Of a stretch of 31,471 nt of DNA, positions 1 through 6,484 are shown in pieces. The number at the start of each line of letters is the position of its first letter. Positions within the stretch are counted from its first letter, which is position 1. The notes beneath the pieces are model-generated. The model worked only from the letters and a program-made list of their open reading frames with translations. It had not been told where the DNA came from and searched no databases. The position numbers were made by a program, and so were the translations under genes. This DNA is from Kiritimatiellia bacterium. Lineage in GTDB: Bacteria; Verrucomicrobiota; Kiritimatiellia; RFP12; UBA1067. The stretch lies in NCBI GenBank assembly GCA_017936245.1, contig JAGBFY010000305.1:1-31471 (forward strand), written 5' to 3'.

Positions 1-667
1 CTATCCGCGTCCGCAGATGGAGTGAAAGGGCAGGACGAACCTCAACGGCGAATGGGATTATGCCGTAACGAGCGTCACAAACACTCCGGGAATCCCCAAA
101 AATGGGACGGCAAGATTCTGGTCCCGTTTGCGGTCGAGAGCGCTCTTTCCGGCGTCGGCCGGCTTCTGAACCCCGACGAGTTTCTCTGGTACACACGCAC
201 GATAAACTGCAACCCGAAGCGCGGGGAGCGCATCCTGCTCCATTTTGGAGGCGTAGATTTCCGGACGATGGTGTTCGTCGGACATGCGGAAGTCACCGAC
301 GTTCCCCATGAAGGCGGGCAGAATCCCTTTACGCTGGACATCACGGATTACGTCAAAAGCGGCGACAACACGCTGACCGTGTGCGTATGGGATCCGACCG
401 AAGACTTCGTCAACTCGCGCGGCAAGCAGAGCTTCAAGCCCAAAGGATGCTTCTACACCCGCGTTTCCGGCATCTGGCAGACCGTGTGGATGGAGACGGT
501 CCCCGAGTCCTACATCGAGTCGTACAAGTGCACGACCGACATCGACAACGGCGAGGTGCGCTTCGACTTCAAGGTCGCCGGTCCGGAGACGGACGAAGAC
601 GTGAAGATCGACATCTACGACGGTGACGTACGCGTCGCGTCGGCGGAGAAGGATGCCGACAAGCCCG
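1..667 (+). pseudogene. Glycoside hydrolase family 2 (beta-galactosidase/glucuronidase-like), N-terminal fragment; nonsense codon, frameshift and 3' truncation
   Basis: Frame 2 reads YPRPQME*KGRTNLNGEWDYAV, the GH2 N-terminal motif, with TGA at 23-25. The reading shifts to frame 1 at the A-run 98-102 (KWDGKILVPFAVESALSGV...LHFGGVDF...SGIWQTVWME). GH2-like sequence stops at about DADKP (~667), with no TIM-barrel domain. Confidence 0.85.
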
Positions 668-691
668 TGTTTTGTGCTTTTTCTTCAGCAC

Positions 692-736
692 TTAGGCGGA
701 AGCATTGTCGCCCTCAATTCGTTCAATTTCTTCCAT
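692..736 (-). other. 14-codon ORF (MEEIERIEGDNASA*) with its own SD; possibly a frameshifted/truncated small gene
   Basis: ATG at 736 is preceded by AAGGATTGAACC. An alternative frame just downstream reads CFRLSAEEKAQ (weakly ribbon-helix-helix-like) up to the GH2 junction. Confidence 0.3.
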
Positions 737-850
737 GGTTCAATCCTTATAAACGAAATGCCCCGCCCGTGGGGTGAAAGACGCGGGGATTGAACCGCAC
801 CCACGGGAAGGGCAAATTGTCATTAATCTTCATGCGCTTTCACTCGCATT
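737..850 (-). promoter_or_regulatory. Structured 5' leader: long stem-loop whose loop carries an anti-SD sequence
   Basis: Arms 759-776 and 798-814 are near-perfect inverted repeats. Loop nt 787-796 (minus strand GGTTCAATCC) are exactly complementary to GGATTGAACC at 737-746 (minus strand), directly before the ATG. Confidence 0.55.
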
Positions 851-856
851 GCGGAC

Positions 857-885
857 ATTATGTCATTTTCGGAGGAACGTTTGAA
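857..885 (-). promoter_or_regulatory. Sigma70-type promoter
   Basis: Minus strand TTCAAA-17 bp-CATAAT, with TG extension (TGACATAAT). Confidence 0.55.
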
Positions 886-889
886 TGTG

Positions 890-1132
890 TCATGTTCGCA
901 TTGCGTCCGCCCATACGGCTTCGGGGGATATGTCTATCTCGCCCGGCCATGCAAGCGTACCGTGTGCCGCCTGTACCTTCTCGAAAAACGCACGGTCGCG
1001 CAACGGCTCATAACAAGGATAACCCATGTAGGGGGCAAGGTCGAAAACGCCGCCCGTGCCGTCTGCAAAAGTCACGTGTACGTTGAATCCATCGCCAGCC
1101 CGTGCCGATATGGTATGCTGAAACGTCTGCAT
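890..1132 (-). CDS. DUF2442 domain protein (putative antitoxin)
   Basis: VHVTFADG..GVFDL..Y...F.KV....GTLAWP.EIDISPE pattern; lies directly downstream of DUF4160. Confidence 0.85.
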   Translation of the reverse strand: MQTFQHTISARAGDGFNVHVTFADGTGGVFDLAPYMGYPCYEPLRDRAFFEKVQAAHGTLAWPGEIDISPEAVWADAMRT

Positions 1133-1141
1133 GGTCGTCTC

Positions 1142-1423
1142 CTACTTGTCAAGTCCGCGAATCTTTGTCGGGTGAAGGTGGCGCACCGCTAATGCCCATG
1201 CGGCCATGAGTTCTTCGGCGTGAATGTCTATCCACGTTTGCACCATGCGAACTTTCTTTGCGGGGAAGTCGGCATCGGCCTCCAATACGTTTCCTTCGGG
1301 TATGGAAATAACCGCCCATTTGCCCGCATATTCCGCGTGTATGTGCGGCTCTTTGTGCTTGCTCTTGTCCTCATCCCAGTATATCCAGATAATGAGTCCG
1401 TAGAAGTCAGATAGTTGTGGCAT
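1142..1423 (-). CDS. DUF4160 domain protein (putative toxin)
   Basis: MP.LS.FYGLII.IY...H.EPHIHAEY...WI..H.EELMAAW pattern; SD AAGGA upstream. Confidence 0.88.
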   Translation of the reverse strand: MPQLSDFYGLIIWIYWDEDKSKHKEPHIHAEYAGKWAVISIPEGNVLEADADFPAKKVRMVQTWIDIHAEELMAAWALAVRHLHPTKIRGLDK

Positions 1424-1442
1424 GGTTCAATCCTTTCTTTTT

Positions 1443-1474
1443 CGCTTTCACTCGCACGCCGGACATTGTATCAT
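1443..1474 (-). promoter_or_regulatory. Extended -10 promoter/leader module of the DUF4160-DUF2442 operon; 27/32 identical to 835-866
   Basis: Minus strand ATGA-TACAAT-GTCCG-NNN-TGCGAGTGAAAGCG; the TGA is also the integrase stop codon. Confidence 0.6.
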
Positions 1475-2874
1475 AATCCAAGCAGTTTTCGGGCGAGTTC
1501 TTTTCGTTGCTCGTCCGTTAGGTTTGAAATGAGATTGTCTATTGTGGGAGCGGGGGCGGTGACGGTTGGTATCGACACGGGGATTTGTCTGTTGTGGCTT
1601 GTCCCGTCTCCGTCCAATACTGTTCCTGACATATGTCTGCGCATCCGTTCTGCGGCGTGTTTCTTCTCCGGGTTGTAATAGTTTTCCAATGTGGTTTCCG
1701 CTTCTCCATGTCCTACAATTCGCCGGACATCTTCAACCGGGACACCCGCTTTCAGGGCAAACACAACGAATGTGTGCCTGAATGAATGCCAACCGTAGAT
1801 GCTTGCGGCAACCTTGCCTATTCCGCGTTTCTGTCGGTTTTGCTCGATAAGGTCTATGCGGTCAGCCCTCTGCTTCGATATTTTTGCCATCGGGCGCAAT
1901 GTCTGTCCTGTAAGTTTTTCTATATCTCGCAAGTCCATCGAAATTTGGGAGCGAGCAACGTTTAGTTGGGCGGCAATGTCTATGGGACGCTGTCCCGCTT
2001 TGAAACGGGCGTAAACATCCATCAGGCGGCTTTGCTCGCGTTCGGTGAACCCTGAATTGGCGATAACTTCAGAAAGTTCGCGTTGTACTTCCCCTGTTTC
2101 GCTGATTTCTGTTTCAGGCTCGGTGTTTCCGAAAACCGCCCGTGCAAAAAGGGGCTTGACTGCCTGAATTATGTAGTGCTTGTTTCGGGCGTAGTGCGCT
2201 TGTGCATCCGGGAATACATATGGAGACGGCGCGCTACCGTCTCCCGGCACGGGCGCATATTCATTCAGCACATCGCGCAACCTCCCGAAAATCGGAATGG
2301 TGACGCGGACGCCCGCCTTTGCCGTCACGCAATCTATAAGACCGCCCGACAAATCAACATCGCTCCATTTGAGATTGCAGACGTCCCCTATGCGCATGCC
2401 GGTACAGGCGGCGGCAACTACAAGGGGATATATTTTTGTGTCTCGGGCGTATTCAAACATTCGTTCTGTTTCTTCCGCGTTCAATACCTTGCGGGAAGCC
2501 TTCTTGTTTTCGCCGTTTCCACCGCCCCGCAATTGTATTTTCTTCAATGGATTGATTCGCGCCAACCCGTTCGCTTGCAGACGTGTGAAAGTGCCGCTTA
2601 TCAAGTGCTTCATTTTCAGCACAGTTTCCCATGTGTATGTCGTTTTTATGTGGTTGAACCATGCACTCGCGATTTCGGGGGTGACATCGTTCACGGTTTC
2701 GCACCGTTTATGGTGCTTGTTTGCTTCTTTTTGTGCAAATTCGGCAAAGACTCCAAACCAGTTCTTTACCATTTTGCTCCATGCGGATGAAGGGTCTTTG
2801 GCTCTTATTACATTGTTTTTCCATATCTTTGGGGTTGATATATTCGCGTTACTATGGCTATATATGCCCCACAT
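1471..2874 (-). CDS. Tyrosine recombinase/integrase with a large HTH-like insertion; N-terminus possibly truncated
   Basis: TGMRIGD (R161), K186, HSFRHT (H363/R366), VGH (H389), YY (399-400); SAM-like N-terminal helices. Confidence 0.93.
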   Translation of the reverse strand: MWGIYSHSNANISTPKIWKNNVIRAKDPSSAWSKMVKNWFGVFAEFAQKEANKHHKRCETVNDVTPEIASAWFNHIKTTYTWETVLKMKHLISGTFTRLQANGLARINPLKKIQLRGGGNGENKKASRKVLNAEETERMFEYARDTKIYPLVVAAACTGMRIGDVCNLKWSDVDLSGGLIDCVTAKAGVRVTIPIFGRLRDVLNEYAPVPGDGSAPSPYVFPDAQAHYARNKHYIIQAVKPLFARAVFGNTEPETEISETGEVQRELSEVIANSGFTEREQSRLMDVYARFKAGQRPIDIAAQLNVARSQISMDLRDIEKLTGQTLRPMAKISKQRADRIDLIEQNRQKRGIGKVAASIYGWHSFRHTFVVFALKAGVPVEDVRRIVGHGEAETTLENYYNPEKKHAAERMRRHMSGTVLDGDGTSHNRQIPVSIPTVTAPAPTIDNLISNLTDEQRKELARKLLGL

Positions 2875-2898
2875 GCATCAAATAGGAACTATTCAACG

Positions 2899-3297
2899 AT
2901 GGAAGAACTGCCAGAGACCCTGAAAGCGGAAATCGAAGCGCTCGATTCGCTTGATGCCCGTGCCCTGAAGCGGCGCTATGCGGACATTGTCGCCGACATG
3001 CCCAAGTGCGCCCTGAGCAGTGTCCTGCGGGCCACCATAGCCTACCGGCTGCAGGAGCGGCACTACGGCCAGTCCCTCTCGAAGGAGGCAACAGAGTGGC
3101 TTGACGAGGCCGCCGACGACAAGCGGATGTTCCCGGACGGACGCAAGGTTGGATCGGGGGCGAGGTTTGTCCGGTTCTGGAAAGGCGAACGGTACGAGAC
3201 GACCGTCAGGGACGACGGGCGGTACGAATACAACGGCGAAATATACTCGTCCCTCTCGGCCGTGGCCAAGGCCATCACCGGGACGCACTGGAATGGC
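2899..3297 (+). pseudogene. DUF2924 domain protein, C-terminally truncated
   Basis: LR..IAYRLQE..YG...G.RFVR.WKG..YE..V..DG.YEYNG..YSSLSAVAKAITGTHWNG. After WNG the frame runs into the antisense of umuC (ORF track 2854..3531). Confidence 0.8.
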
Positions 3298-3528
3298 CAC
3301 GGCGGCGTACAGGCGCGACTTCTCGGCTGGCGGGGTGTCGTCGAAGAGATCGGTCTGGTGCGCCGTGCCGGGCTTTTCGAGGCCGAAGAACACGATGCCC
3401 GTCTTGCGGTAGCGCGTCCCCGGAACGTAGAGCGCGTCCACCTCCTCGCGGATGGCGCGGAGCATCTCGTTCGTCGCGTCCGTGGGCGCAGGGAAAACGA
3501 CCGTACGCCCCAGAAAATCGCACCCCTC
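3298..3528 (-). pseudogene. umuC: UmuC/Y-family polymerase C-terminal (little finger) fragment
   Basis: RTVVFPAPTDATNEML....LYVPGTRYRKTGIVFFGL......DLFD....KSRLYAAV; catalytic domain absent. Confidence 0.75.
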
Positions 3529-3534
3529 TAGCGA

Positions 3535-3888
3535 CATTGCTTCGCAATGCTCACTTCGTTTGGGGGATATTTCGCTTATCCCCGCGCCAACCATCGAGTC
3601 ACCCTCGACGCGCACGAAGTACGTGGCGGCCGGACGCTTCACCAGAAGTTCATTCAGGTCAAGAATATCCGCCGAAAAAGCGTCAGCTTTTGAGGGTAGC
3701 CGAAGGCCGAGCGGTTCCTGATACTGCTCGGCTGGCGACGGAAATCTCGCGCAGCACCTTGCGGTCCCTACGGGCGCTCGTTTCACTCGCGGCGCATCCT
3801 CTTGCGACCTTGCTTTGCAAGGCTCCTCGCTACGCTCGTCGGGCGACCCGACGCCTGCGGCGCGGGTGCATCCCCCTCCGAAGCGGAG
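3535..3888 (-). repeat. Cluster of about 11 short hairpins, many with GNA triloops
   Basis: Minus strand unless noted: CATTGC-GAA-GCAATG 3535-3549; AAAAGC-GTCA-GCTTTT (plus) 3676-3691; GCC-GAA-GGC (plus) 3699-3707; ACC-GCAA-GGT 3756-3765; CCC-GTA-GGG 3766-3774; GCGAGT-GAA-ACGAGC 3776-3790; CCTTGC-AAA-GCAAGG 3808-3822; CGAGC-GTA-GCGAG 3826-3838; GTCGGG-TCG-CCCGAC 3838-3852; CGCC-GCA-GGCG 3852-3862; CTCCG-CTT-CGGAG 3876-3888. Confidence 0.75.
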
Positions 3889-3938
3889 CTTCTTCGGTGC
3901 ATTCTCGCCGATCCCGATATTTTTGCTTTAGAACTCGC
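3577..3938 (-). pseudogene. umuD: UmuD/S24 peptidase N-terminal remnant interrupted by palindromic insertions
   Basis: FPSPAEQYQEP...LDLNELLVKRPAATYFVRVEGDSMVGAGI; catalytic Ser present, Lys half missing. Upstream in frame: IGIGENAPKKLRFGGGC. No intact start codon. Confidence 0.75.
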
Positions 3939-4081
3939 AGCGTTAATTATACAACAATACAGTTTTGGGAATTGGCGTTTTGTTTAACTCTTCGCTCAAA
4001 TTGGTAGCGGAGCGAGTATATGTGAGCGAGGGACATCAAAATGGTTTAAAAAATTGTTTCACATGGTAAGCATTTACCCAC

Positions 4082-4110
4082 TTGCGCGGTAAGATGTTTT
4101 ATGGTATAAT
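4082..4110 (+). promoter_or_regulatory. Strong sigma70 promoter of the R-M operon
   Basis: TTGCGC-17 bp-TATAAT with TG extension; SD AGGAG at 4130-4134. Confidence 0.8.
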
Positions 4111-4141
4111 ACGCGCCATCAGACCTCAATAGGAGAAATCA

Positions 4142-5929
4142 GTGGAAAACCGTAATACAGAAGTTGAACGTCTTGCATGGAAGTTGGCAGACATGGAGAG
4201 GAACTACACATCGTCTCCATGCTTCTCTGCAATTTGTGGTGCCTTTGCAATGTATCTGGCGCAAGATGCGCGCGAAACTACCGACCTTATCGACATCCTA
4301 AAGAAGAACGAAGTCTCCGAATCAGTATTCGCTCTTGTGACGGATCGTATTGCCGATCATTGGGATCGCTATCAGCCACTCCTCACCACATATGCACAGG
4401 CAGATCTCTCCGATTCTATCTTCCTGAACCTTAATCGAGGCTTTATAGAGGGCGGACGGAAAAATGGTTTCTCGTCCTCTATTCCGATTATCGACCTTCT
4501 GCTTAAGACTTTGGCGATTAAGAAAGGCGATTCAGTATGTGACATTGGCTGTGCTGCAGGAGATTTCCTTCGGCGCGCTTATTACAAGGCATTCTCCGAT
4601 AACGAGGAGAATGATTTTTGTGGCATCGAGCGTGCAAAAGATATGGCTGCAATAGCCGAGATTTGCGCATGGTGTCTTGATGCAAAAATAAAGATTCATG
4701 GTGAGGATGCTTTTGCCGAAACCTTTGACGGTATTGGATACGATAAGGTTCTTTGCGATGCACCACTCGCCGTTCGCGGAATGCCACAGGAGCCCAATGT
4801 CCGTCGTTTCTTCCATGCTACATTTCCCGATTTTCCAGAACTTCGCACGGGGATGCAGGGTGATTGGCTCTTTGCCGCTCGCGCTGTTGCCGCGATAAAA
4901 AGGGACGGTCGCGCAGCGGTTGTTCTGTCACCGTCTGCCATGTTCGACAACCGTAACGAGGCATACAGACGGTATTTCATCCAACACGGTCTGATTGAAG
5001 CGGTTATCGAGCTGCCTTCAAATCTCATGATGTCCACCAACATTCCGACATACCTTGTTGTGTTCAGCCACGGCAACGATGTTGTCAAGATGATTCGCGC
5101 AGATGAACTCTGCTACGTCAGTCGCCGCAAAAAGGTTCTAGGGAAGCAGCACATTGATATCATAGCCGCGTGTCTTGGAGTGGAAGCCACTGCGGATACC
5201 AAGGGCTTAGATCGCTATTGCGCAACAGTATCGAGGGATGTCCTCCTCAAAAACGAATGCTCTTTGGCTGTCAAGCAGTACTTCGCCGACCCGGTCGCCA
5301 TCAAGGATGGCATCCCATTCGGCAATTTTGTAACCGATGCGAGACGAGGCGTTCTGCTCACCAGAGACGAGCTAGACCGCATCTTTACAAAATCTGAAAC
5401 GGATTGGCTCTACCTTTCCGTCAAAGACATTTCCGAGGGCGTTATCGGGGGAGACCTCATGTATTTGGGCAACATCCCGGAGCAAATGATTTCGTCCTGT
5501 GTCAAACAAAACGACCTTATCATATCACGTGTGAACGCTAGTGGAGCAGGATTCAAGGTTGCTGTCGCGGAAATCCCCGAAGGCAAGCGACTCGTCCCTT
5601 GCGAAAATGTGCTGATCGTCAGCGTCAACGAGGATGAGGCCGACCCCTATTACCTTAAGGCCTGCCTTGACAACGAATATGCACAGCGTTACCTCGACAA
5701 GCACTCATCTGGATCGGCGATTCGCATTCTCAGTTATCGTGATCTTGAATCACTCCCCGTGCCTAATCTTCCAATCGAGCGTCAGCGGGAAATCGGCCGT
5801 GTCTGCCGCGAAAACGCGCTCAATATCGTCTCGCTGCGAGACCAACTTGCAGCGGCGAAGGCATCTCTCGCTTCCGTGTTTGAGAACGCGGCGGCGGATG
5901 TTCTCGTCAAAAACGGGCAGGAGGGCTGA
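4142..5929 (+). CDS. N-6 DNA methylase-like domain fused to a single HsdS-type target recognition domain; motif IV divergent
   Basis: Motif I VCDIGCAAGDFL. The motif IV position reads DAPL (4757-4768) instead of NPPF/DPPY. GRAAVVL..S and IEAVIELP.NL...T.IPT are HsdM motifs. C-terminal ND.IISR...YL...L.S..AQ.YL......L....L..LPVP.LPIE.Q.EI is a TRD plus coiled coil. Confidence 0.8.
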   Translation: MENRNTEVERLAWKLADMERNYTSSPCFSAICGAFAMYLAQDARETTDLIDILKKNEVSESVFALVTDRIADHWDRYQPLLTTYAQADLSDSIFLNLNRGFIEGGRKNGFSSSIPIIDLLLKTLAIKKGDSVCDIGCAAGDFLRRAYYKAFSDNEENDFCGIERAKDMAAIAEICAWCLDAKIKIHGEDAFAETFDGIGYDKVLCDAPLAVRGMPQEPNVRRFFHATFPDFPELRTGMQGDWLFAARAVAAIKRDGRAAVVLSPSAMFDNRNEAYRRYFIQHGLIEAVIELPSNLMMSTNIPTYLVVFSHGNDVVKMIRADELCYVSRRKKVLGKQHIDIIAACLGVEATADTKGLDRYCATVSRDVLLKNECSLAVKQYFADPVAIKDGIPFGNFVTDARRGVLLTRDELDRIFTKSETDWLYLSVKDISEGVIGGDLMYLGNIPEQMISSCVKQNDLIISRVNASGAGFKVAVAEIPEGKRLVPCENVLIVSVNEDEADPYYLKACLDNEYAQRYLDKHSSGSAIRILSYRDLESLPVPNLPIERQREIGRVCRENALNIVSLRDQLAAAKASLASVFENAAADVLVKNGQEG

Positions 5930-5931
5930 AC

Positions 5932-6471
5932 GTGGCTGTCAGCCCTGATAGAATGGTCGAGATATTCGACCGCGTGAAAGACCGCCTCGAAGACGCCAAC
6001 GAGAACGGGACTCTTCACGAATTGCTATATTTGCTTGGACTTCAGGGTTTAATTGACGAGGATGAGGAAATCGATCTCGGTGAAACCGACAATGCCTACG
6101 GCGACATACTTGTCCTGGGGCGTTGCGACGCCAAAAAGCATCACCTACAGGCTGTAGCCTACGAATGCGGCTACGATAAGAAACGCGTCAAATTCGTGGA
6201 CTACGACGAAATGCAACAATTCGATTGCGCGTCGCTGTGCTACAGTATGCGCTACTCTGCCATAATGTGCGGTCCGGTGCCGCACAAGGCTGGCGACATG
6301 GGTGACACATCAAGCATCCTCGAAGAGTTGCGCCACCCCGAGCGTGGCTATCCACCCCTCGCAGAGCTGCGGGAATCAGGCGGCACAGGAGAATTGCGAA
6401 TAACAAAGACAACATTCAGATCGGCCATTGGCCAGTTGGAATCTATGGGCGCAATCAAGCCCAACAAATGA
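5932..6471 (+). CDS. Conserved hypothetical protein; helical N-terminus plus alpha/beta C-terminal domain (DUF2325/receiver-like, tentative)
   Basis: GTG 2 nt after the upstream stop, with SD GGAGGG; pattern ILVLG...IMCGPVPH...GYPP...ITKT.FR. Confidence 0.7.
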   Translation: MAVSPDRMVEIFDRVKDRLEDANENGTLHELLYLLGLQGLIDEDEEIDLGETDNAYGDILVLGRCDAKKHHLQAVAYECGYDKKRVKFVDYDEMQQFDCASLCYSMRYSAIMCGPVPHKAGDMGDTSSILEELRHPERGYPPLAELRESGGTGELRITKTTFRSAIGQLESMGAIKPNK

Positions 6472-6484
6472 AGGGAATAAAACC

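Noticed and set aside
770-814. tRNA 3' half / tRNA-derived att site (minus strand GCGGTTCAATCCCCGC resembles a T-arm)
   Set aside because: The T-stem does not pair in register, and there is no D or anticodon arm and no CCA. It is better explained by the longer stem-loop.
692-2874. Integron (integrase plus cassettes)
   Set aside because: No attC-like RYYYAAC...GTTRRRY sites were seen, the small genes are co-oriented downstream of the integrase with their own promoters, and the integrase insert is unlike the IntI patch.
3298-3531. Novel C-terminal domain on the DUF2924 protein
   Set aside because: It is the reverse complement of the umuC fragment.
3940-3965. LexA/SOS box upstream of the umuD remnant
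   Set aside because: Only a CTGT half-site on the minus strand; it does not match CTGT-N8-ACAG, and the host LexA motif is unknown.
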